64,000 nt of DNA from Octopus sinensis (lineage: Eukaryota): contig NC_042998.1 of NCBI RefSeq assembly GCF_006345805.1, positions 142,042,001 through 142,106,000 on the forward strand, written 5' to 3'. The notes under the pieces were generated by a model. The model did no database searches and was not told where the DNA came from. It saw only the letters and a list, made by a program, of their open reading frames with translations. The stretch's first letter is position 1. Each line of letters opens with the position of its first letter. A program made the translations under genes and the position numbers. Positions 52,419 to 64,000 of the stretch are shown here, piece after piece.

Positions 52419-55200
52419 GCAATTAAGGACAACTACTTAATAAGGAAAACTTAACAAGAAATTGTCAGGTAGATAGCGTAAAAGCCTCATAAGAGAAAAA
52501 ATTTCGAAAATAATTATTTCTTATTGAACATATTAATTTATATATAGAGGGCATTATACATACATGCCAGGAGGCATTCTACATACACGCCATACGCTAA
52601 GAGGGACAATCAGTCATTTCTACCAAAAATATTACTAATCCCACCGAATGCAATTTTTCAAAGAAAGACATTTAAAAATATATAGACCTGTATCACAGTG
52701 ATTTCATACTTACGTAATCATCAGCAGGCCTGAATATACCATAAATAAACAACGACCCCGCTTCGCTTAAGCCGATCAGCTAACTGATCAACATCAACGA
52801 AGCACATGGTTGAATTTATATACACTATATCCGGATGAATGGCAAACTTTTACGAATTGCATTTCGGGAGAGGAAAAGTTTTTTCGGAATAAAAATTAGC
52901 AATTAAGGACAACTACTTAATAAGGAAAACTTAACAAGAAATTGTCAGGTAGATAGATAGCGTAAAAACCTCATAAGAGAAAAAATTTCGAAAATAATTA
53001 TTTCTTATTGAACATATTAATTTATATATAGAGGGCATTATACATACATGCCAGGAGGCATTCTACATACACGCCATACGCTAAGAGGGACAATCAGTCA
53101 TTTCTACCAAAAATATTACTACTCCCACCGAATGCAATTTTTCAAAGAAAGACATTTAAAAATATATAGACCTGTATCACAGTGATTTCATACTTACGTA
53201 ATCATCAGCAGGCCTGAATATACCATAAATAAACAACGACCCCGCTTCGCTTAAGCCGATCAGCTAACTGATCAACATCAACGAAGCACATGGTTGAATT
53301 TATATACACTATATCCGGATGAATGGCAAACTTTTACGAATTGCATTTCGGGAGAGGAAAAGTTTTTTCGGAATAAAAATTTAGCAATTAAGGACAACTA
53401 CTTAATAAGGAAAACTTAACAAGAAATTGTCAGGTAGATAGCGTAAAAACCTCATAAGAGAAAAAATTTCGAAAATAATTATTTCTTATTGAACATATTA
53501 ATTTATATATAGAGGGCATTATACATACATGCCAGGAGGCATTCTACATACACGCCATACGCTAAGAGGGACAATCAGTCATTTCTACCAAAAATATTAC
53601 TAATCCCACCGAATGCAATTTTTCAAAGAAAGACATTTAAAAATATATAGACCTGTATCACAGTGATTTCATACTTACGTAATCATCAGCAGGCCTGAAT
53701 ATACCATAAATAAACAACGACCCCGCTTCGCTTAAGCCGATCAGCTAACTGATCAACATCAACGAAGCACATGGTTGAATTTATATACACTATATCCGGA
53801 TGAATGGCAAACTTTTACGAATTGCATTTCGGGAGAGGAAAAGTTTTTTCGGAATAAAAATTTAGCATTAAGGACAACTACTTAATAAGGAAAACTTAAC
53901 AAGAAATTGTCAGGTAGATAGCGTAAAAACCTCATAAGAGAAAAATTTCGAAAATTTATTTCTTATTGAACATATTAATTTATATATAGAGGGCATTATA
54001 CATACATGCCAGGAGGCATTCTACATACACGCCATACGCTAAGAGGGACAATCAGTCATTTCTACCAAAAATATTACTAATCCCACCGAATGCAATTTTT
54101 CAAAGAAAGACATTTAAAAATATATAGACCTGTATCACAGTGATTTCATACTTACGTAATCATCAGCAGGCCTGAATATACCATAAATAAACAACGACCC
54201 CGCTTCGCTTAAGCCGATCAGCTAACTGATCAACATCAACGAAGCACATGGTTGAATTTATATACACTATATCCGGATGAATGGCAAACTTTTACGAATT
54301 GCATTTCGGGAGAGGAAAAGTTTTTTCGGAATAAAAATTTAGCAATTAAGGACAACTACTTAATAAGGAAAACTTAACAAGAATTGTCAGGTAGATAGCG
54401 TAAAAACCTCATAAGAGAAAAAATTTCGAAAATAATTATTTCTTATTGAACATATTAATTTATATATAGAGGGCATTATACATACATGCCAGGAGGCATT
54501 CTACATACACGCCATACGCTAAGAGGGACAATCAGTCATTTCTACCAAAAATATTACTAATCCCACCACCGAATGCAATTTTTCAAAGAAAGACATTTAA
54601 AAATATATAGACCTGTATCACAGTGATTTCATACTTACGTAATCATCAGCAGGCCTGAATATACCATAAATAAACAACGACCCCGCTTCGCTTAAGCCGA
54701 TCAGCTAACTGATCAACATCAACGAAGCACATGGTTGAATTTATATACACTATATCCGGAAATGGCAAACTTTTACGAATTGCATTTCGGGAGAGGAAAA
54801 GTTTTTTCGGAATAAAAATTTAGCAATTAAGGACAACTACTTAATAAGGAAAACTTAACAAGAAATTGTCAGGTAGATAGCGTAAAAACCTCATAAGAGA
54901 AAAAATTTCGAAAATAATTATTTCTTATTGAACATATTAATTTATATATAGAGGGCATTATACATACATGCCAGGAGGCATTCTACATACACGCCATACG
55001 CTAAGAGGGACAATCAGTCATTTCTACCAAAAATATTACTAATCCCACCGAATGCAATTTTTCAAAGAAAGACATTTAAAAATATATAGACCTGTATCAC
55101 AGTGATTTCATACTTACGTAATCATCAGCAGGCCTGAATATACCATAAATAAATAAACAACGACCCCGCTTCGCTTAAGCCGATCAGCTAACTGATCAAC
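52419..55200 (-). repeat. Tandem array of ~481-bp HHR-bearing monomers (~5.8 copies); retrozyme or PLE pseudo-LTR-like
   Basis: Near-identical units with periods 477-484 bp. Starts out of (TA)n and continues after the LINE at 60481-61081. Confidence 0.97.
52684..52731 (-). ncRNA. Type I hammerhead ribozyme, first of 7 minus-strand copies (others near 53168, 53649, 54126, 54609, 55088, 60872)
   Basis: AGGCCTG-CTGATGA-T TAC gtaa GTA T-GAAA-TCAC t GTGA-TA-CAGGTCT. 7-bp stem I, intact CUGAUGA/GAAA core, GNRA-capped stem II, palindromic stem III, AUA cleavage triplet. Confidence 0.85.
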
Positions 55201-55443
55201 ACTTTCTTTATTACAATTATAAAAATTAATACATAGAAAGGACGAATACAGGACATACATACATACAAGAAAATTTAAGAGAATCGATTAAAAAAAGTTT
55301 CGTTTGTATTCGTTATAAGTAATAGTTTTTGCGTAACTAGTGTTACAAACACTTGTAGCTGACCTTTGTGATTATACTGGAGCTTTCACACCCCGGCAAT
55401 TGTTGAGGCCCTGCAGCTTCCACTTCCTCTCTCTCCTCCATGG

Positions 55444-58400
55444 TCAAGCTGGCCTTCTCGTACCCACCTTTCTTTCCACTTCCTTCCATCTATTCGCATA
55501 CACTCCCCGCGGCAGGGTCCTCCTCTCCAGTCCCATCTTGCTTCTCAGATGATATCTGAAGTAGGTGAGCAAGCCGGGCCCGGAGACAAATGACCCTGTC
55601 GCGGTTCCTTCCATTCTCGTTCTCCACATGCATTCCTTTACCACTGCAACCGTGCAGTGAAAACATGCCTCACCTTCCTTCGAGAGTCCAGTTGGCGGTA
55701 TCATCTTAATCATAGACTCAGCCGACAGCTGTACTCGTCCCAGATGCGATAACACGTGTTCTGCGTAACTTATCAAGTCGTTCAACTTCCGACAATGAAA
55801 AAAAGCGTGCTGAACGGTTTCATCGTCCAGCCCGCATCTTTGACACGTCGGTGGCACTGGAACTCCGTGCCGTGATAACTTTTCGCGAACAGGTAAAGCA
55901 TTCCTGTAGCACTGCCAAGCCAGGGATCTTTGGAAATTATCCAAATACCCCGACCTGAACGTTTTCTTAAACAGATTGGCAAGCTGGTTTTCATCAAACC
56001 CCAGAGCCCCTCCTAGGACGTCATCGTTTTTACCTTCTACCAGCCCTCTATAAAATACCGAGGTGGTATTTCCGCAGCCGGCCTTGCCCGTCCTGTGGAT
56101 CAGCGTGAGTGCCTGTCGGCACTCCTTTTGCCATGGAGTCAGATTGCATCTTCTGATGTAACCGGGTTTAAAATTAACTAAGGAGGCCGGTCTCGGAAAA
56201 AATCCCTCTGCCAACGGACTCCACACCTTATCACCTTCCAGGTGGTGCCAGAGATGTCTTAGTCTCAACGCATGTCTGCGCATCATTAACCAAGGCATCC
56301 CTAACCCACCCTTTAACGGTTCTTGACAGCACACGGAGCGTCTCACAAGTGGCTTTCCTCCTTTCCACAAAAAGCGGAAGAGGGCTCGTTCCAACTTGTT
56401 AAGCCATGAGTCGGGGCAAGGGACGACGGTCAGGCGGTAGGTGATTACGGATGCAATAAACATCTGCGCCACCTCCCCCTTCCTTTCAAGGACAGAGACC
56501 TTCCGGACCAGGTCCGTATTATGGCCTCCACCTTGCCCGTCACCTCGCTCCAGTTCTTCTCCGTTTGGGAGTCCGGTCCAAACCAGACTCCCAGCAACTT
56601 AACAGGGCCATCCGTCCAGTGTCCCACAACACTGGACAATATCGGCTTGTTCCTCCAGGTGCCGAGGCGCAAGCCGACCGATTTGTCCCTGTTAACCTTT
56701 GCTCCTGCCACCGCCTCGTATCCTCTGATAGCCTCCTCTACACCAGGTAGTTGGGCCTCCTTGGACACGATGAGGGTGATGTCATCCGCATAGGCAGTGA
56801 CCGACCTCCCACCTCCGATTCCATCTGAGTTACTCCCCAGCCTCTCCAACCTTCGCAGTAGTGGCTCGAGAGCCAATACGTACAAAAGTGGTGACAAGGG
56901 GCACCCCTGACGTACTGAACATTCGATCGAAAACGGTTCTGTTAGGTAACCGTTTATCTGGACGGTGGACTTGATGCCGCTGTACATAGCGGAGATCCAC
57001 CCGCGGAATTCGGGACCCAGTCCGGTCGCTTCGAGGACCGCCGCCAGGTACCCATGGTCTACCCTATCGAAGGCTTTACTTTGGTCCAAGTGGACCATTA
57101 CCCCACCTTTGCCGGTTACTTTACCCACCCTATCTAAGGTGTAGCGTATAAGGTGAAGGTTGTCCTGGATCGACCTGCCTGGAATTGCACATGTCTGTGC
57201 TCTCCCTACAAGTTTCTCCACGACAACCGTCAACCTTTTTGCTAACACCTTGGCCAAAATCTTTAACTCTACATTAAGTAGAGTTATGGGCCTGTAGTTA
57301 CTAATCATATCCCCTTTGCTCGGGTCTTTCTGGATTAGCGTCACCACTCCCCCCGCTTACAGAACTGGGAATTCTCCCGTTCTGCTGCCAGTTCGTGTAG
57401 ACGCCTGCCAGTATTCCCCCGAACAAATCCGGCATATTTTGGTAAAACTCGTAGGGCAGACCATCCAGCCCCGGCGATTTCTCCCCGGCGCACTCGGCCA
57501 GCACTTCCCTTATTTCCGCGGGAGTGATCGCTCCTTCACAGCACTCCGCCTCACGCCCCGCGAGCCGCGGCCCGCCGGCCAGGAAGTCCCTTAAGGCACT
57601 CCCCCGGTCCAGCGGGCCACCACCCCCGAACGCGCGCGCGAAATGCTGGTGAAGAAACTTTTGCATCTCCTCCTGTCCATAGATCTTTTGTCCCTGTTCG
57701 CCAGTCAAAGATTTTATTGAGGCTCTGTTGCCTCTCTTACTCTCCACACGACGGGCCCATCCGGCTACGTTAACACCTTCTCGTTTCCCGCGCGCAGCTT
57801 AGCTCTGACTCTGCAACCTTCGTGTTTGGAGTCAAGGTGTCGGTACAATACCGTCCTTGCCGCCAGTACTCCGGATGCAGAGCCAGCTTCCATTGCCTCG
57901 TCTAGATTCTTAACTAAATCGCCCTCTAGACTAGCTCTATCTGTCCTTATCTGATTGCTAAATCTAACGGACTCTAATCGAATGGCTCTTTTGAGGGCGT
58001 GCCACCATCTATTGTTAATGACGGTGCCGCACAATGCCCTCTGAACTAACTCCTTAATCCGGGTACGGAAGTCTTCACAATTCAAAATAGCCTTGTTCAG
58101 CTTCCAGTACCCGGGTCCCTGTCTATGACACTTGTCTAATTGCACCTCACACGTCACAAACTTGTGATCCGAGTAAGGTACAATATGAAATTGTGGACAA
58201 CTAAACGTATCCTTATCTCTTTTTTTTATAATTATCCTATCTAGGTACGATCTGTGTGAGCCGTCGTAGTTACTCCACGTCCACTGTGGAACGCTCGGCT
58301 CATCCAGTCGGTAACGGTCCACTAGATCAAAGCTCTCCAGTAGACCCTTGAGGCTAGGATTCCCCTTCCTATTAGTTGAGCCAACACTGTCGATGTGCGC

Positions 58401-58831
58401 TTCAAGGACAGTGTTAAGTCCCCTACTAGTATTACTGTTTTCGACGTCGCCAGAAAGGGCTCCAGGCTTCGAAAGAAACCCGTCTGTCTACCCTCGTTCG
58501 GGGCGTAGACAGCTACCAACCTGAAGGACTGTTTACTTGCGTGAGTCACATCCAGGACAACCAGCCTGCCTTCTGGGTCCAGAAAGACAGTACTTACCTG
58601 CAGGTCCAAGCTCTTCCTGATGAAGACTGCCACGCCTCTTCCTCCTCCTCGGCTAGGAGAAATAAATTTCTCGAAACCATTTAGAAGAGGTGAGAACGCT
58701 TGGGTCTCGCTCATCTTGGACTCGGTTACGATAGCAACATCTATACCTTGTGTCGTGAGGTCGTTCAGGAAACAAATTTGTTTCCATTTCGACCCCATTC
58801 CACGTATGTTTAGGCAGCCCAGCTTGGCCAT
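55444..58831 (-). CDS. LINE ORF2: APE endonuclease, reverse transcriptase and C-terminal CCHC, in 5 frame segments
   Basis: LNIRG, TES, AVYAPN, GD.N, SYLDRI, SDH (APE); SPGLDGLPYEFY, YRPITLLN, LDQSKAFDRV, QGCPLSPLLY, YADD (RT); CQRCGLDDETVQHAFFHC. Four single-base frameshifts, and I saw no premature stop on the reconstructed path. Confidence 0.92.
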
Positions 58832-58859
58832 TGTGAGCGAGGGAGAGAAATAACTATAC

Positions 58860-60283
58860 TCACGTTTGTGAAAGGGAGCACGGCGGTCTAATTTTGCCTG
58901 CTTCCCTTTCTTCCGCTACTGCAGGGCTTTTGACCGGCGTTGCCACTGGGCTCTGGGTTGGTGTGGTTGCCGGGGTTATTGTTAGTTTTCCTTCTAACAC
59001 CTCTTTGGTGACATCTCTTATTAGGCGGTTCTTCAGGTGTTCCTGAAGAACCTCCTCCTTCCATTCGTTCTCGCCTACCTTGGCGAAGCGCGCAATTGCT
59101 TTTCCATCTGAGGTTCTGCTATACAGCATAAACCTCGACAGTTTGCAGCATTTGTAAACTTTTTCGTTTTTTTCATCAAACGCAATTATTTTTTCGTTTT
59201 TCAATAAACATTTTTTTGGATCTTGTTTTACGGGGAGGGGTTTGGCAAACTGTTTTCCAATGAAAACAGTGCCATGGGGGTAGGGTTGGGGGATTTGCTT
59301 AATGTGTGTGTCTGTAGTGCTAGTTGTTTTTTTCCTTGTTTGGGGAGGGGAGTCCAGGGTATTTTCTTTTTTTCTTTTGTGCGTAACTTGGGTGTATTCC
59401 ATCGGTTCTATTTGGTCTATTTTTGCTTCCGTATTTGTCTTGGTCGTTTTGTTGTTCTTCTTAGCTTCCTCTCCCTCCGCATTAGGTACACTTGGAGGGG
59501 CCGCATCTTCTGTTCTTTTTTTTCTGATGCAATTGGAACGGACGTGACCCTTTTCTCCACACTTGAAGCATCTGGGTCTTCGTCCTTCCACCGACACTCT
59601 CATGGACGTGCCATCCTCGTTAAAAATCCTGTCAGGCAGGCTCTCCAAGATCTTGTTCTCTGCCTGTACGAGGAGCTCCAGAGTCTGACCCCTCCAACGT
59701 ACCGCTTCCTTCCTTCTCATTTGCAGTATGTTCATTTCGCGTTCCACATCATGTAAGACCGCCGCTGCTACCCACATGGTGTCGTATCCTCTGGGTATGT
59801 CTTCAACCGTTACCTTTGCGGTTCTCTTCCCCATATACGAGGGTAGCAGCATGATGTCGTCGTTTTTAAGGGTCAACGACGACACCTCCTTCGCCACCTC
59901 TGCCGTGTCAAAGTGTGCTTCGATCGTGGCACTTCGTGCACCTCTCACTATATGGCGAATTTTATCCCACACCGGGGCCAAGCATTTCTCAACGGTTTCG
60001 TTTTTTACTTCCATGATCTTTTTTTCTTTAAAGTTGTACACTTTATAGATTACGATCTTTTCCTTATTTCTTGCACCTTCGCTTGCGGCGGCACAAGCCT
60101 TATTTCTCCTCCTTCTAGTTTTACCAAATTCCTATATTCGTACAGTTGTTCAATCTTGAATTCTATCTCCAACATGGCGCCGCCCACCGCGGCCGAGAAT
60201 GATTGCCTGGGTACTGGGTTTTCCTCTTTTTCACCTTTTCCCATCACGGGAAAGTCTTCCTTCGACGTTAGGTCGAACTCCAT
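58860..60283 (-). CDS. LINE ORF1 (gag-like) with a CCHC zinc knuckle; one frameshift near 60065
   Basis: CFKCGEKGHVRSNC at 59529-59570. ORFs 60050-60283 and 58860-60041 overlap in adjacent open frames, giving ~474 aa if joined. Confidence 0.85.
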
Positions 60284-60480
60284 CTCTGAAGGTTACCTTT
60301 AAGGTAACAAGAATATGGTTAGAACAAAATTTTCTGCCCCGTAGGGCGAAAATTATCGTTTTACGACGGGTACTGTTCAGAACAGTTTACACAAACAATG
60401 ATATTATAACTTCGAATTCTCTTAAATAGCAGCAGCAAATTTCTCACAACGCAAAACGCAACAAACTGCTCCGCAAATGA

Positions 60481-61081
60481 CAGCTAACTGATCAACATCA
60501 ACGAAGCACATGGTTGAATTTATATATACTATATCCGGATGAATGGCAAACTTTTACGAATTGCATTTCGGGAGAGGAAAAGTTTTTTCGGAATAAAAAT
60601 TTAGCAATTAAGGACAACTACTTAATAAGGAAAACTTAACAAGAAATTGTCAGGTAGATAGCGTAAAAACCTCATAAGAGAAAAAATTTCGAAAATAATT
60701 ATTTCTTATTGAACATATTAATTTATATATAAGGGGCATTATACATACATGCAGGAGGCTTCTACATACACGCCCTACGCTAAGAGGGACAATCAGTCAT
60801 TTCTACCAAAAATATTACTAATCTAATCCCACCGAATGCAATTTTTCAAAGAAAGACATTTAAAAATATATAGACCTGTATCACAGTGATTTCATACTTC
60901 GTAATCATCAGCAGCCTGAATATACCATAAAAAACAACGACCCCCCCTTCGCTTAAGCCGATCAGCTAACTGATCACATCAACGAAGCACATGGTGAATT
61001 TTATATACACTATATCCGATGAATGGCAACTTTTACGAATTGCATTTCGGGAGAGGAAAAGTTTTTTCGGAATAAAAATTT
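60481..61081 (-). repeat. Continuation of the 481-bp array (~1.25 monomers), indel-rich
   Basis: Resumes exactly at the TSD. Confidence 0.95.
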
Positions 61082-61711
61082 GCGGGCTGGACGATGAAAC
61101 CGTTCAGCACGCTTTTTTTCATGTCGGAAGTTGAACGACTTGATAAGTTACGCAGAACACGTGTTATCGCATCTGGGACGAGTACAGCTGTCGGCTGAGT
61201 CTATGATTAAGATGATACCGCCAACTGGACTCTCGAAGGAGGTGAGGCATGTTTTCACTGCACGGTTGCAGTGGTAAAGGAATGCATGTGGAGAACGAGA
61301 ATGGAAGGACCGCGACAGGGTCATTTGGTCTCCGGGCCCGGCTTGCTCACCTACTTCAGATATCATCTGAGAGCAAGATGGGACTGGGTAGGAGGACCCT
61401 GCCGCGGGGAGTGTATGCGAATAGATGGAAGGAATGGAAAAAAGGTGGGTACGAGAAGGCCAGCTTGACCATGGAGGAGAGAGAGGAAGTGGAAGCTGCA
61501 GGGCCTCACAAATTGCCGGGGTGTGAAAGCTCCATTATAATCACAAAGGTCAGCTACAAGTTGTTTGTAACACTAGTTACGCAAAAACTATACTTATAAC
61601 GAATACAAACGAAACTTTTTTTAATCGATTCTCTTAAATTTTCTTGTATGTATGTATGTCCTGTATTCGTCCTTTCTATGTATTAATTTTTATAATTGTA
61701 ATAAAGAAAGT
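61082..61711 (+). mobile_element. Inverted copy of the last ~630 nt of the Tx1-like LINE
   Basis: Reverse complement of ~55201-55833 with scattered indels. Same 3' junction AATAAAGAAAGT|GTTGATCAGTTAGCTG. Confidence 0.93.
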
Positions 61712-63400
61712 GTTGATCAGTTAGCTGATCGGCTTAAGCGAAGCGGGGTCGTTGTTTATTTATGGTATATTCAGGCCTGCTGATGATTACGTAAGTATGA
61801 AATCACTGTGATACAGGTCTATATATTTTTAAATGTCTTTCTTTGAAAAATTGCATTCGGTGGGATTAGTAATATTTTTGGTAGAAATGACTGATTGTCC
61901 CTCTTAGCGTATGGCGTGTATGTAGAATGCCTCCTGGCATGTATGTATAATGCCCTCTATATATAAATTAATATGTTCAATAAGAAATAATTATTTTCGA
62001 AATTTTTTCTCTTATGAGGTTTTTACGCTATCTACCTGACAATTTCTTGTTAAGTTTTCCTTATTAAGTAGTTGTCCTTATTGCTAAATTTTTATATCCG
62101 AAAAAACTTTTCCTCTCCCGAAATGCAATTCGTAAAAGTTTGCCATTCATCCGGATATAGTGTATATAAATTCAACCATGTGCTTCGTTGATGTTGATCA
62201 GTTAGCTGATCGGCTTAAGCGAAGCGGGGTCGTTGTTTATTTATGGTATATTCAGCCTGCTGATGATTACGTAAGTATGAAATCACTGTGATACAGGTCT
62301 ATATATTTTTAAATGTCTTTCTTTGAAAAATTGCATTCGGTGGGATTAGTAATATTTTTGGTAGAAATGACTGATTGTCCCTCTTAGCGTATGGCGTGTA
62401 TGTAGAATGCCTCCTGGCATGTATGTATAATGCCCTCTATATATAAATTAATATGTTCAATAAGAAATAATTATTTTCGAAATTTTTTCTCTTATGAGGT
62501 TTTTACGCTATCTACCTGACAATTTCTTGTTAAGTTTTCCTTATTAAGTAGTTGTCCTTAATTGCTAAATTTTTATTCCGAAAAAACTTTTCCTCTCCCG
62601 AAATGCAATTCGTAAAAGTTTGCCATTCATCCGGATATAGTGTATATAAATTCAACCATGTGCTTCGTTGATGTTGATCAGTTAGCTGATCGGCTTAAGC
62701 GAAGCGGGGTCGTTGTTATTTATGGTATATTCAGGCCTGCTGATGATTACGTTATGAAAGAACTGTGATACAGGTCTATATATTTTTAAATGTCTTTCTT
62801 TGAAAAATTGCATTCGGTGGATTAGTAATATTTTTGGTAGAAATGACTGATTGTCCCTCTTAGCGTATGGCGTGTATGTAGAATGCCTCCTGGCATGTAT
62901 GTATAATGCCCTCTATATATAAATTAATATGTTCAATAAGAAATAATTATTTTCGAAATTTTTTCTCTTATGAGGTTTTTACGCTATCTACCTGACAATT
63001 CTTGTTAAGTTTTCCTTATTAAGTAGTTGTCCTTAATTGCTAAATTTTTTTCCGAAAAAACTTTTCCTCTCCCGAATTCAATTCGTAAAGTTGCCATTCA
63101 TCCGGATATAGTGTATATAAATTCAACCATGTGCTTCGTTGATGTTGATCAGTTAGCTGATCGGCTTAAGCGAGCGGGTCGTTGTTTATTTATGGTATAT
63201 TCAGGCCTGCTGATGATTACGTAAGTATGAAATCACTGTGATACAGGTCTATATATTTTTAAATGTCTTTCTTTGAAAAATTGCATTCGGTGGGATTAGT
63301 AATATTTTTGGTAGAAATGACGATTGTCCCTCTTAGCGTATGGCGTGTATGTAGAATGCCTCCTGGCATGTATGTATAATGCCCTCTAATATAAATTAAT
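61712..63400 (+). repeat. 481-bp array in opposite orientation (~3.5 monomers; HHRs at 61773-61820, ~62254, ~62733, 63203-63250)
   Basis: Reverse complement of the left array. Ends mid-monomer in (TA)n. Confidence 0.95.
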
Positions 63401-64000
63401 ATATATATAATATATATATATATATACTTTGGGCGTCCTATGGGACGACCTAGGTGAGAGAGGAAGGCGGTGTATTTCAAATTGGTATAATACTTGCATT
63501 GTCCGATTAAATGGAACCGCCTAAAAAGGCCATAATGCAATAATACCTGGACATCCTTGTTACTTATTTGCTTTATATATATATATATATATATATGAAG
63601 GGATGGTATTATTAAAATACATCACGTGTGGCAAGCGAATTATCAGCCGAACAGCAAATGAATAAAATATACACATACACTATAAGATATGTATATATAT
63701 ATGTGTGTGTGTGTATGTGTGTGTGTATGTGTGTGTGTATGTGTGTGTGTGTGTGTGCGTGTGTGTGTGTGTGTGTGTGTGGTGTGTGTGTGTGTGTGTG
63801 TGCGTGTGTGTGTACACATGATCACCTACATCACTAAAAATAGAAGTCAAAATACTTCTACGACAGAATAGTCACAAATCTACTACAGGCATGGTAGGAA
63901 AAAATTCCAGTGAACATTAAAAATGTCTTACCTCTGCTGGGTCAGCACAAGCAATACTGGTCAATTTGGAACCGGTTTCAAAATTAGCGCCCATTAGGTG

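Larger units (their letters stand above)
55201..60480 (-). mobile_element. Full-length Tx1/L1-clade non-LTR retrotransposon with 16-bp TSD
   Basis: TSD CAGCTAACTGATCAAC at 55185-55200 and 60481-60496. ~200-nt 5' UTR, ORF1, ORF2, and a 3' UTR ending AATAAAGAAAGT with no poly(A). Confidence 0.93.

Noticed and set aside
60050-60135. Programmed -1 frameshift in LINE ORF1
   Set aside because: No X XXY YYZ slippery heptamer was seen. A single-A indel in an A-rich stretch explains it, like the other indels nearby.
58620-60302. Plus-strand ORFs antisense to LINE ORF1/ORF2 (e.g. 59223-59756, 177 aa)
   Set aside because: They are shadow frames of the minus-strand coding sequence, with low-complexity F/S/L content and no motifs.

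Overview
AT-rich, repeat-saturated eukaryotic non-genic DNA, probably a cephalopod (Octopus-like; inferred from the tRNA-derived SINE families and very dense (TA)n/(CA)n/(TATG)n microsatellites). No host protein-coding exon could be supported, and nearly all six-frame ORFs are microsatellite or SINE noise. The main structure is a near-full-length Tx1/L1-clade LINE (55201-60480, minus strand) with ORF1 (CCHC knuckle), ORF2 (APE endonuclease, RT, zinc motif) and a 16-bp target-site duplication. It sits in a hairpin of a ~481-bp tandem repeat in which every monomer carries a type I hammerhead ribozyme (HHR) fold. An inverted copy of the LINE 3' end plus array follows (61082-63400). Several unrelated HHR-like modules occur elsewhere (1663-4035, 6445-6487, 9767-9801, 24127-24155, 40556-40617), mostly next to (TA)n tracts. 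The window also holds four to five Penelope-like element (PLE) remnants, CR1/Zenon-like and RTE fragments, a second Tx1-like 3' fragment whose tail matches a SINE tail, two mariner relics (one with two 5' ends), a Helentron-type element, MITEs and many SINEs. All alignments and folds were done by eye, so coordinates of degraded elements are approximate.
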